Below, piece by piece: positions 1 to 8,814 of a stretch of DNA of 27,534 nt. Both the position numbers and the translations under genes were made by a program. The number at the start of each line of letters is the position of its first letter. Position 1 is the first letter of the stretch. This DNA comes from a virus (taxonomy: Duplodnaviria > Caudoviricetes), in IMG/VR virus record IMGVR_UViG_3300037424_001280, positions 1 to 27,534 of that record. One strand, given 5' to 3'. A model generated the notes under the pieces. That model did no database searches. It had not been told where the DNA came from and saw only the letters and a list, made by a program, of their open reading frames with translations.

Positions 1-2
1 TT

Positions 3-191
3 AAATTACCTGTTACCTTTGAGGCTGGCAGGGGGTTTGTTACGGCAGTAATACACATTGACGATTCAACTCTCGACCTAAAATTTGAGTCGCCAGATCA
101 ATTACTATCTTTTTTTACCGGGCTTATTGAAAATGCAGTTATCGTCTGGCCCGATAATGAATTTATTAAATATTATTTAGAAAATAATTAG
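3..191 (+). CDS. 3' end of a hypothetical protein (truncated by the window edge)
   Basis: Frame 3 is open from the edge (KLPVTFEAGRGFVTAV...IKYYLENN) to TAG at 189-191; not in the ORF track. Confidence 0.6.
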   Translation, partial: KLPVTFEAGRGFVTAVIHIDDSTLDLKFESPDQLLSFFTGLIENAVIVWPDNEFIKYYLENN

Positions 192-218
192 CCGCTAAGG
201 AGGCGGCGAGCGAATGAA
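191..218 (+). repeat. 28-nt start-associated repeat, copy 1 (SD-containing hairpin plus ATG)
   Basis: gccgctaaggaggcggcgagcgaatgaa; 27/28 identical to 576-603. Confidence 0.9.
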
Positions 219-555
219 TACAATCAACGACTGGCAAACCAAAGCGAAAATTACCAACCCCGACCGGCTGGCCTTATGGCAGGCCGTTTTCGGCGGCGAC
301 GAAGTGCCGATTGTCTCCATTGTTCCAATGATTGGCAGCTTCCCCGGCGTAGGAGAGCAGCGATTTTACAGCCTGGATTTGAAGGCTATCACACCGGAAC
401 AGCGGGAGCGGCTGGTTGCGTCAATCGCTCTAAGATTCAACCTGACAATTGAGGAGGTCGGCCGGGATATTGATATGGTTGGCGTGCCTATCCTGGCCGG
501 TGACGTGGTAGTATCGAGTACCGATTTCCGGCAGATTGCCAATATCGTATATTAG
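214..555 (+). CDS. Hypothetical phage protein, 113 aa
   Basis: AGGAGG SD at 198-203, ATG start, globular-looking protein. Confidence 0.8.
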   Translation: MNTINDWQTKAKITNPDRLALWQAVFGGDEVPIVSIVPMIGSFPGVGEQRFYSLDLKAITPEQRERLVASIALRFNLTIEEVGRDIDMVGVPILAGDVVVSSTDFRQIANIVY

Positions 556-575
556 CACCCAAAGTACGGGCACAG

Positions 576-603
576 GCCGCTGAGGAGGCGGCGAGCGAAT
601 GAA
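576..603 (+). repeat. 28-nt start-associated repeat, copy 2
   Basis: gccgctgaggaggcggcgagcgaatgaa, ending in the start of the 599 gene. Confidence 0.9.
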
Positions 604-1363
604 CCTGGACAACTTCAAAAACAAACTATATCAGGAACGCCAGGCAGTTGACGCCATAGCGACCACCGTCAAAACGAATATGGCCTCGTTTATGGCTATC
701 CTGGCGGCCATCGCCATCCCGTTTGTGCCGGCCATCTTTGCCGCCAATGGGGTTTATGTCCAGACGGTCAACTGGTCGGACGCCTGGCGGCAATGGGCGG
801 CCATCGCAACGGCGGTCGCCATCGAGGGCGCGGGTATGTTTCTGTCAATTCTGGCGACAAAAACCTATTCAGCCTGGCGCAAAAAGGCTGCGACGATCCG
901 CGAGATTTACGCGATGGCCGGCGCGGTCGGCATCTATACAGTGATCGTGATGGTACTAATCGCCATGTCGGATGTGCCGGCAGGATTGAAAATTATCATT
1001 GCTCTAATCCCGCTGCTAGGCGTGGCGTTCTACGTGGGTATGGGGTTTGAGACTGACCTGGCCAATCGGCTTGACGAGGCCGCCGCAGAGAAGCGGCAAA
1101 AGAGGGATGAGCGGGCGGCAAAATCAACCCGCAAAACAACCGCAAATGCGCCCGCAAAAAGTAAGGTTTCCAGGCAGGAATGGCGCAAATCTGCGGTCAA
1201 TATAGTGATGGAAAACCCGCAAATTTCGGGCGCAAAGTTGGCAGAATACTTAGGCGCAAGTGAGCGAACCGGCCAAAATATCTTGAATGAATTAGAGGCA
1301 GATGGAGTCATTCATAAGAACGGGGGCGGCTGGAAAGTTAACGGCAGCGTACCCAGGGGGTAG
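599..1363 (+). CDS. Multi-pass membrane protein with C-terminal (winged) HTH
   Basis: About four hydrophobic segments, a charged/basic linker, then NPQISGAKLAEYLGASERTGQNILNELEADGVI with an HTH pattern. Confidence 0.8.
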   Translation: MNLDNFKNKLYQERQAVDAIATTVKTNMASFMAILAAIAIPFVPAIFAANGVYVQTVNWSDAWRQWAAIATAVAIEGAGMFLSILATKTYSAWRKKAATIREIYAMAGAVGIYTVIVMVLIAMSDVPAGLKIIIALIPLLGVAFYVGMGFETDLANRLDEAAAEKRQKRDERAAKSTRKTTANAPAKSKVSRQEWRKSAVNIVMENPQISGAKLAEYLGASERTGQNILNELEADGVIHKNGGGWKVNGSVPRG

Positions 1364-1367
1364 AGCG

Positions 1368-1793
1368 TTATTCCCCCGCCACGGACTCCCGATTAACCAG
1401 TATGCCCACGGTTAGCACCCGCTTTAGTTTGGTCCTATTGGCCGCCGTGGCCAGTGGAACCAAACCATCAACTAGCGCGTCAACCTGAGTTTGCACATCG
1501 GCCAGGCTCAGGGTGAATATCTGCTTTGAGCCGGGGTTGGCTGCCAGGTAGACCAGCCGGTCGGCTTTTGCCGCCTCCTTTGGCGTTGGTAGTCTCCCTT
1601 CAGCTACAGCCGTCGTCCACAATTCGGCCTCCATCCCATCCAGGATGGTTTGTAAATCCCCATCAAGTGGGATCGCGCCAACATTGGACATATAGGTGCT
1701 GGCCCCATCGGTGATATAGATATTCGCCGCCCTCTCCAGCGGCTGCCCACTGCTCGGATCGGTCACAGTGACCCAACTGAATATGACTATCAT
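1368..1793 (-). CDS. Hypothetical protein after tail fibre (possible fibre chaperone/accessory)
   Basis: AAGGAG SD; last gene of the tail operon; function from position only. Confidence 0.7.
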   Translation of the reverse strand: MIVIFSWVTVTDPSSGQPLERAANIYITDGASTYMSNVGAIPLDGDLQTILDGMEAELWTTAVAEGRLPTPKEAAKADRLVYLAANPGSKQIFTLSLADVQTQVDALVDGLVPLATAANRTKLKRVLTVGILVNRESVAGE

Positions 1794-1803
1794 AATAATC
1801 TCC

Positions 1804-4800
1804 TTATGGTGTAGCTATTTCATAGCCCTGTAGATTCAAAAGTTGCTGACTGGAACTCGCCCCGCTGGCCTGAAATGACCAGCAGAAACGCCGGTTGTAA
1901 AGTGGAATACGAACAAATTTATTTGAGGTTTGATTGGCAACATAATTACGAGTATTATTGACAAGAAAACTGTTGTAAGCCAGATATGGATGAATCCTGA
2001 TGAGTTGGTTTGCCGCCCCGGTATCATTTTTTGTCGCATCCACCAGGATAGCCCTCGCCAAAGCCGGAATGTCAGTCTGTGTAACCGACAGATCAATTTC
2101 CATAAAATACGGTGGCGGGCTCGGCTCTACCGTCGTTTGTGAGCGAATGGTGATCGAATCATTATCGGCCCAGGCGTCGGTGCTGGATACGGTAGTGATA
2201 AAATCAGAGCCGGTGGTCACGCTGGAAATCAACCGGCCTGTGCTGCGCGTGGAGTTCCATAAAACCAGCTTGCCGATAGATGAGGTGATGTTGATAGCAG
2301 CCTCAGCCCCGGCTGAAACGGTATCGTAGGGCACGTTAGTCGCAGTTAATCCCCCTGACCCCCCGGCATTGATGAGCGCCACAAAATCAGAGTTAGGCGC
2401 GCTCAGGATACGTACCACGTCGCCGGTAGTGCTGCGCTTGTCAACTACGTTGGTACTCATAAATAGCTCGGCTGCAACCGTGCCACCGCTGCCAGCAGCA
2501 GCAGCAATGGCCAGCAGGCCGGGGTGCATAGCCGTACCGTTTGTAACCACCTTACCTGCCGTTGTGGATTGGATGAGAAAATCACCCGATGCAGGCGCGG
2601 AGCCGGTATAGTTCAGAGCCATTCGCCCCGTTTTTGTGACAAAAATGTCAGCGTTATTTGCCCCGCCAATGACCACCGCAACCTCTGTTCCTATAAAGTT
2701 ACCGCTTGTCGTTGAGGTTGCCAGTTCACCCAGGCTTGTTAAATAGCCCACATCTCCAGCGGAAACAGTTGCGCCGGATGTGTTTTTTACCTTAATGATT
2801 GTATTCCCCAGGTCTACCCACGCTCCGCTAATTCTGGCTCTAAGCGCTGGACTACCTGTTACCGTGTTTGCGCCGGTGTCCAGATAGAGATCATTATTTG
2901 ACGGCGAAGTTGGCGCGGTTGCTCGCGGGGTGATTGCCAGGGGTGGAACATCGGCGCTGTTGCCCAATGTGAGCCGCGTATTGGCCTGGGTAAAAATCTG
3001 GCCGGTCGCATCCTGAAACATTCCGTAAACATCCGGGCTGGTTGAGTTTATCGAGTTCAGGGCGATAACCGGCAGTTTAAACAGGTGTAAAATCTCTGTA
3101 CCATCGGTCAGTCTGATGTCATTGGTTGTGCCGAAATAGGAGCCGCCGTAGATGTCAATAGTTGAAGTTGTGGCATCATTGTACACGCCGTATTTGCTGG
3201 TGCCTGCCGTTCCTGAGACAATGCACTCCCTCAAAATCAAGCCGGTGACGCTCACCGTATGCACCGCCGCGCCGATAGTTGGCGTGCCGCTGGCCTTCGT
3301 GATAGTGCAATGGTCAAGGATTGCCCCGGTCGCCCCGTTCACTTCAACAGCGTAAGCCGCCGCGCCGCTGGCGCTGTTGGTAATGGTCAGGTTTTTGAGT
3401 GTGGCCCCGGCTGTTATGGTGATAGTTGGGCTTGATGCGCTGGTGATAATCGTATTGGCCCGGTCAAGAGCCATAAGGGTGATTGCTAGCGCAACGGTCA
3501 GTTGTTCGGTGTAAGTCCCGGCGTCAACCAGAATAACATCCCCCGCACTGGCGGCTGCAATTGCCGCCGCAATGGTCGAATATTGGGCGTCTGGATCGGT
3601 GGCTGAAACAGTCAGGGTATGAGCATAGGGCCAGCCGCCAGCCGCGTGGCTGTGCAGCGTCGTCGCTCCGCCGTCGGTCAGGTCGGTGTACTCAGCATTG
3701 GTCAGGTGATAATAGCTTGCGCTATTGAGATTGCTGAGTAGGGTGTGGTCGCCTACAGTGGAGGCGACAAAAGTGGCAGTCCAGGCCGACTCGACCAGAG
3801 TAGCGACTGCAGCCGATTTCTGGAAAATAATCCGGCCAATGAGCCGACCATGATAACGCAAGTGATCAGGTAGGCTCGGCGCACCTTCGGCTTGAGCCAG
3901 AGCCACACTCGTGGCGTTGGAAGAGCCATAAATCATCGCCAATGAACCATCATAGGCTGAGCCAACCGTATTGCCGGAAACATCCAGGTAAATCCAGCGT
4001 GTGCCATAGCGGTTGGCGGTCATCGCCTGGAGGGTTGTACCATCTGAATATTGGGTATTTTCCCACTGAGTCGCCGTGCCTGAAACAAATCCTCCGGCAC
4101 CATTGGGATAATAGGTATAAAAAGTCGCCCCGGCTGCAATAGCATTGAGGATGAGACTGTTGAAACCGTGCCACATCCGGCCCGCCGTCATTGCCAGTTG
4201 GCGGGTAGCTACATCGCTGATTTCCAGGCCACCGCTCCCTTCCGGCGCTTCCTCACGGGTAAACGGCATCGTCAGCCGAAGGACCTTGCGCGTAAAATTG
4301 CTCACATCCTCAGAGTGCGCATACAGATTCGCAATCCTCATAGTCGTACCATCATACGAGGCTCTTGCTAACGGAAAATTGGAAAACCAATTCCAATCGC
4401 TGAAATTAGCCTTTGTAACGGCGGCTACCGACCCGCCCGAATATTCAATCCCGATAAATATTACATTCTCCTGCCCCGCCGCAGGTGCGGAAAATGTATA
4501 CAGATCCGCGGCGGCGGCCCAACGGCAAAGCACCAGCGCACCCTGCTGGTCATTTGTGGTGCGAATGTAGCCATCACCGGCGATTACGGAGAGTTTAACG
4601 GCGGTGCTGCCTACGGTGACATAGGTCAGGGTTCCGTCTATGACTCCGGCGCTGCCCCGCGCAGTAAAATCGTCGGTTAGAGTGGTATTGATCGGTGTAC
4701 CCACTACCGGCAAAATAACCTGGTTGGATGGGTGGGTATGATCTATCGGCGTTGCCGTTCCCGTTCCGCCGCCCGCGACGGTGTACTGGGCCATATTGCC

Positions 4801-5004
4801 GGGCGAGCGACGCACGGAAACGAGCGAGCCGACAATGAGATGAGGCAGGCCGGACCAGTAGACATCAATCACCGGCTCATCTGGCGTAGGGAGTTTGACT
4901 TTGATGAATTTGGGCAGAGAGCCGGCGGGGATTGTGATGACTTCGCACGAATCGAGAGTCCGGTCGAACCAGCCCAGTTTAGTTAAATCTGTTTCAAATG
5001 CCAT
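1804..5004 (-). CDS. Multidomain tail fibre / receptor-binding protein, 1066 aa
   Basis: G/S/T/A-rich; HxH motifs (DHTHP, LHSH); pectin-lyase-like beta-helix entry motif YSTIAAAIAAASAGDVILVDAGTYTE; DUF2190-like segment; distal position in the tail module. Confidence 0.85.
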   Translation of the reverse strand: MAFETDLTKLGWFDRTLDSCEVITIPAGSLPKFIKVKLPTPDEPVIDVYWSGLPHLIVGSLVSVRRSPGNMAQYTVAGGGTGTATPIDHTHPSNQVILPVVGTPINTTLTDDFTARGSAGVIDGTLTYVTVGSTAVKLSVIAGDGYIRTTNDQQGALVLCRWAAAADLYTFSAPAAGQENVIFIGIEYSGGSVAAVTKANFSDWNWFSNFPLARASYDGTTMRIANLYAHSEDVSNFTRKVLRLTMPFTREEAPEGSGGLEISDVATRQLAMTAGRMWHGFNSLILNAIAAGATFYTYYPNGAGGFVSGTATQWENTQYSDGTTLQAMTANRYGTRWIYLDVSGNTVGSAYDGSLAMIYGSSNATSVALAQAEGAPSLPDHLRYHGRLIGRIIFQKSAAVATLVESAWTATFVASTVGDHTLLSNLNSASYYHLTNAEYTDLTDGGATTLHSHAAGGWPYAHTLTVSATDPDAQYSTIAAAIAAASAGDVILVDAGTYTEQLTVALAITLMALDRANTIITSASSPTITITAGATLKNLTITNSASGAAAYAVEVNGATGAILDHCTITKASGTPTIGAAVHTVSVTGLILRECIVSGTAGTSKYGVYNDATTSTIDIYGGSYFGTTNDIRLTDGTEILHLFKLPVIALNSINSTSPDVYGMFQDATGQIFTQANTRLTLGNSADVPPLAITPRATAPTSPSNNDLYLDTGANTVTGSPALRARISGAWVDLGNTIIKVKNTSGATVSAGDVGYLTSLGELATSTTSGNFIGTEVAVVIGGANNADIFVTKTGRMALNYTGSAPASGDFLIQSTTAGKVVTNGTAMHPGLLAIAAAAGSGGTVAAELFMSTNVVDKRSTTGDVVRILSAPNSDFVALINAGGSGGLTATNVPYDTVSAGAEAAINITSSIGKLVLWNSTRSTGRLISSVTTGSDFITTVSSTDAWADNDSITIRSQTTVEPSPPPYFMEIDLSVTQTDIPALARAILVDATKNDTGAANQLIRIHPYLAYNSFLVNNTRNYVANQTSNKFVRIPLYNRRFCWSFQASGASSSQQLLNLQGYEIATP

Positions 5005-5015
5005 AGTAAAATCCT

Positions 5016-6158
5016 TTAAGCCGCCGAATTATCATACTCAAGTGTCAGGTATCCAGTTCCGGTTTTTCGTGCCGGGTCTGCGTTCAAGCTCGCCCCGTAG
5101 ACAAACATACTCTGATTGTTTAAGTTCAAATGCACCCCTGCCCCAGAAATAGCATCTTCCGCCGGCCCGTCAAAATCTACCAAAATTCTATCTGCCAAAT
5201 CTAAACCTCTGCCTGTATCCCCGTACAAAATCAATCCTGGGTCTACCTCTACCTGTAGACTGTAAGGCCGGGTCAACCAAGCCCAAAGTCTGCGAGCGTA
5301 CAAATTAGCCTGGGTCTGATCCTCCGCCCACACGCCCGATGTCACCCGCTTCACCTTACCCCTCGCCTTACTGGCCGGGTACTTACTCCTAAATATCGTC
5401 GCCGGATTAATCCCACTGACCATCGTCACCTGCCCGATGCGCTGGCCCGGCTGCGAGTTGTTGAATCTAACCTGCACGGTGCCGCGTAAATGCTCCTTAG
5501 TCAGCGTCCCCTTGACCGCAGGCACTGGGCTGATAAATGGCGGCGCGGGTTGATAGTGGATGACGTTGCGCCGGTCGCACCAGATGCGATGAAATTCGCC
5601 GCCGCCTTCCTCGCCGCCGCCGATTTGCTGTAAGCTACTCCAAATATTCTCGCTGTGACCAACGATAAAGCTATCGCCCACCGTGCTAAACAGGGTCGAG
5701 CTAGCATCAAAATCCAGGGTAGTTATTACCCCCTCCGGGGAGCCGTCGCTGCCATCGGCGTCATAAATCACATTGCAATGATGCTTTAGGATATGTTGGA
5801 TTATCGTAGAGAATGACCAGCTTGTGGCCTCGTGGGCATTGGAGGGCGAGGCGACCACGGCAAAGGAAATATCTTGTAAATCGAGGCCGGACAGATGCCG
5901 ATCAATGGTGGCAACCTCAAAATTGCCCTGACTGCTAAAGCGGTCGAAGCCAAAATCCGGCTTGCTCACTACATGGCCGTTCATTGCCCGCCGCGCCAAC
6001 AGGTCGCTAAATCCTGACAGGCTTTTGCCCTTTGCCAGGATGTTAAGCCCGGCCACAGCGGCGTCTGTATTGCCAAGATTGTTAGCCGATAGCTGCCAGC
6101 CTCCCCGGCGTAAATCACCTGACAAACTAACGGGGTACAAATCCTGCCTGCTTATCAC
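5016..6158 (-). CDS. Minor tail protein, probable baseplate hub/Tal-like
   Basis: 380 aa; hub-like pattern (IIQHIL...IWSSLQQI...IWCDRRNVIHY...LDLADRI); GTGA overlap with the upstream gene. Confidence 0.6.
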   Translation of the reverse strand: MISRQDLYPVSLSGDLRRGGWQLSANNLGNTDAAVAGLNILAKGKSLSGFSDLLARRAMNGHVVSKPDFGFDRFSSQGNFEVATIDRHLSGLDLQDISFAVVASPSNAHEATSWSFSTIIQHILKHHCNVIYDADGSDGSPEGVITTLDFDASSTLFSTVGDSFIVGHSENIWSSLQQIGGGEEGGGEFHRIWCDRRNVIHYQPAPPFISPVPAVKGTLTKEHLRGTVQVRFNNSQPGQRIGQVTMVSGINPATIFRSKYPASKARGKVKRVTSGVWAEDQTQANLYARRLWAWLTRPYSLQVEVDPGLILYGDTGRGLDLADRILVDFDGPAEDAISGAGVHLNLNNQSMFVYGASLNADPARKTGTGYLTLEYDNSAA

Positions 6159-6760
6159 GGCGCTTTCCCCTCCAACCCAACCACGCCCGTGCCCGCTGCG
6201 CCTAACCCCGCGCCGGTAATGTCTGACAGGCTGGCCCCCTCATTAGGTGTATACCGCAGCTCACTCAGCGCACTAATCGCCCCACCTAAAAAGCTGCGGT
6301 CGTAATCGTAATCCCCGGCCCAAAATGCGAGTTGCGCCGTGGCATCGAAGCCCAGCGCGGCGTTAAGGGAAGTCCAGTTGTCGCCGCCGTCGTAGGTCGC
6401 CAGAAAATCTTGATCGGTTGAAACGGTTACTTGAATTGTCAGAGCCTCGCTTGGATCAACCTGCAAGGTATTTACCACCTTAGCGCCCAGGCTGGCCGGG
6501 CTAATGTCGGTCTCTGCGGCAGTCGAAACAACGTGGCTGACTACGGTTACATCAGTCCCAAAGTTGCCAAAAAATAGCATCTGGTCTGCCGATGATGGCA
6601 CCGCCGCCACATTGGCCGCACTCCCGGCTCCTGGGGCGTATGCTATTTCCCACGTCGCCAAATCAGCCCGTGCCGCCCGCAGGATGACCGGCAGGCCGGC
6701 GGCATCTTCCAGGGCGACATAGATGTAAGCGCCATCAGAGGTGGTTGCTAAACTTGCCAT
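6155..6760 (-). CDS. Minor tail protein, partial beta-propeller (Asp-box-like)
   Basis: TYDGGDNW and TPNEGASL Asp-box-like motifs; TAATG coupling. Confidence 0.65.
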   Translation of the reverse strand: MASLATTSDGAYIYVALEDAAGLPVILRAARADLATWEIAYAPGAGSAANVAAVPSSADQMLFFGNFGTDVTVVSHVVSTAAETDISPASLGAKVVNTLQVDPSEALTIQVTVSTDQDFLATYDGGDNWTSLNAALGFDATAQLAFWAGDYDYDRSFLGGAISALSELRYTPNEGASLSDITGAGLGAAGTGVVGLEGKAP

Positions 6761-7296
6761 TAGCTCACCATCACACTTCCCGGTATACCGCCGGCGCTGC
6801 GGGTGTAGCCGTAACTAACAGGCGGATCGGGGGGCGTGTTGCCGACTTTTACAGTATCAATATAAACAAACCGGCCCGTGCTGCCATAGGTCGGGGTAAA
6901 AATGGCATTTTCAAAATGAACTAAATCAAGGGTATCGCCTTCGTAGCCCGCCAGGGATTGTTCGTATAAAATCCAGCCGGTGTCAGCTACATCAACGTCA
7001 ACGCCTTCTATGACGGGCGTCAGGCTCGATGCTCCGCTAAAACCAAAAACCATCTGTAAAATATTAACGGCGTCCGGGAGGTCATCGCAACCCAAAATCC
7101 GATAATAGAAATATATTTTATTGCCGGAAACTATACTATGCGTATCGGTAGTATTCTGGATTAGGGGTGGGCTAAAAGCAGCCGGTAGTTTGGCGCAGCC
7201 GGCGGCAAAATAGCCCTCCGTGCCATCCCAGGCGGCGCTGGTTCCCCCGTTGCTATAATTCCCCAGGGTGGTGTCAAAGTTTTCAGTAAAGCTCAA
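6760..7296 (-). CDS. Minor tail protein, possible carbohydrate-binding beta-sandwich
   Basis: FTENFD...W...GW...FVYIDTVKV pattern resembles CBM/jelly-roll domains; TTG start overlaps the upstream TGA. Confidence 0.55.
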   Translation of the reverse strand: MSFTENFDTTLGNYSNGGTSAAWDGTEGYFAAGCAKLPAAFSPPLIQNTTDTHSIVSGNKIYFYYRILGCDDLPDAVNILQMVFGFSGASSLTPVIEGVDVDVADTGWILYEQSLAGYEGDTLDLVHFENAIFTPTYGSTGRFVYIDTVKVGNTPPDPPVSYGYTRSAGGIPGSVMVS

Positions 7297-7907
7297 TTTC
7301 TAAACTCCTGAATCCTTCTAAAATATGTGGAGCCATAAAGTAAAATTGGGTCAGTAAGTGAATTGCTCAGTACCGGAAACCCTAACAACTGCTGATGCTC
7401 CATAAACAATTCTACAATCACCACGTCATTATCAAGGGCAATCAGCGGTGTATCTGCCCGCTGGCAGCTATATTCCTTTTGATAGCGCACCAGATCAGTG
7501 ATTAAATCAGCGTAATTAATGCGCGTCTGGTGCGTAGAAGTCGCCGGGAACTTGGCCGTGTAGGTAGGAATGTTTAACGGGCTTGTAACCGTGTAGGGCA
7601 GGGTACATGGTATCGAAGCGTGAATGAAGCTGATTATCATTGTCCCTTTGTCTTTGAAGTCTATGTCCAGTTCGCCGTTCAAGCTGTCCAGTGTGTGAGT
7701 GACAACCTTTTCATACTCAGGCATTGCTATGTTGTCGAAGTGTAGCACGTTGGTTCTTACAGCGTACCGGGCCGCCTCACGATTAAGATTCGCCAGGATG
7801 AGATATGAGCGTAACGCCCAGCCGACCTCGAAAACGCCCAGCATAAAGAAAATCACTACCGGGGCTATGATAGCTGTTTCAACCAGGGCCTGGGCGTTTT
7901 TGGTCAT
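7293..7907 (-). CDS. TadE/TadG-like pseudopilin (Tad/Flp pilus family), 204 aa
   Basis: MTKNA|QALVETAIIAPVVIFFMLGVFEVG...REAARYA: E+5, hydrophobic helix and the REAAR motif. Start moved to ATG 7907, which overlaps the upstream TGA. Confidence 0.8.
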   Translation of the reverse strand: MTKNAQALVETAIIAPVVIFFMLGVFEVGWALRSYLILANLNREAARYAVRTNVLHFDNIAMPEYEKVVTHTLDSLNGELDIDFKDKGTMIISFIHASIPCTLPYTVTSPLNIPTYTAKFPATSTHQTRINYADLITDLVRYQKEYSCQRADTPLIALDNDVVIVELFMEHQQLLGFPVLSNSLTDPILLYGSTYFRRIQEFRN

Positions 7908-8761
7908 CCACCTATACCCTCGCTGTTCCACGTTGCACCGTAATCGTCGCTCACAAACAGCCACGCCCTCGCCGGGCTAACCGTAAATCTAACCACATAA
8001 ACCCGGCTGATGTCTTGCGGGTCAAAACACAAATCTAATTGGTCTAAATCTGCCGTTACCGGCGGCGTCACATCCTCTGCCGCGTTGACCGGGTCGCCCA
8101 GCGCATCCTTATCTATCAGCGTCCACGTCGCCGCCCCGTCGGTGCTATAAGCCACGCCCGTTTTACAGCAGGCCCAAACGTGTTGTTGACCTGCTGGCAA
8201 GTCGGCGTAGTGTGGGTTAAGGTGAAATAATCGCAGCTTCAAATCATCGCCGGATAACCCGCTGTTGCTGGCCGCCGGGTCGCTGCCATTGTCAGTGATG
8301 TAGACTCCGGCGTTGGGAGTGCCGATGTAGACCCGCTCCACCGGCTCTACAATCTCAACCGTGATTTCTACCGTTTCGCTTTCCTCGCCCAGTAGGTCAG
8401 TTACGGAGGCGGTAACGGTGTACGTTCCCAGGTCATCATAGACTACATCGCCGCTGAGGGGGTCGAGCGCCCAGTCGCCGGCGGTGATGTCGCCGATGTC
8501 GGTTGCGCCGCCCCAGTCAATATCAAAAGTGTTTATGGTGGAAGTGGCAGATCCGGAGTCGGAAATATCCCACGCAATGGCGGAGCCCAGGAATTGAGTA
8601 GAGGGAATCATAGACAGCTTGACAAATGGGGGCTTGCCCCCGATGTAGATGCCATCCATACTTGGATCGTCACAGTAGCTGCGGGCTATAAAAACTCCAG
8701 AACTAAATAACTCTAATTCTAACCCCGTTAGGTTATTGTTCTTGAACCTCTCCCAACTCAA
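7904..8761 (-). CDS. Minor tail protein with PKD-like domain and Asp-box propeller blades
   Basis: IDWG...YDDLGTYTVTASVTD (PKD-like); STDGAATW and SDDYGATW Asp-boxes; AGGAG SD before TTG. Confidence 0.7.
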   Translation of the reverse strand: MSWERFKNNNLTGLELELFSSGVFIARSYCDDPSMDGIYIGGKPPFVKLSMIPSTQFLGSAIAWDISDSGSATSTINTFDIDWGGATDIGDITAGDWALDPLSGDVVYDDLGTYTVTASVTDLLGEESETVEITVEIVEPVERVYIGTPNAGVYITDNGSDPAASNSGLSGDDLKLRLFHLNPHYADLPAGQQHVWACCKTGVAYSTDGAATWTLIDKDALGDPVNAAEDVTPPVTADLDQLDLCFDPQDISRVYVVRFTVSPARAWLFVSDDYGATWNSEGIGG

Positions 8762-8814
8762 GGCGAAACTCCTAAATGATGGTTCATTTAACCCTTATTA
8801 TCGGAAGCCTAATA

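Noticed and set aside
1804-2050. Asn-rich fibre tip as a possible diversity-generating retroelement target
   Set aside because: No template repeat or reverse transcriptase seen in the window; cannot be excluded elsewhere in the genome
7908-7964. Longer N-termini given by the ORF track for the pilin (7964), the gp10-like gene (15479) and 8815-9090
   Set aside because: Downstream ATGs overlapping the upstream stop give better coupling and correct motif placement
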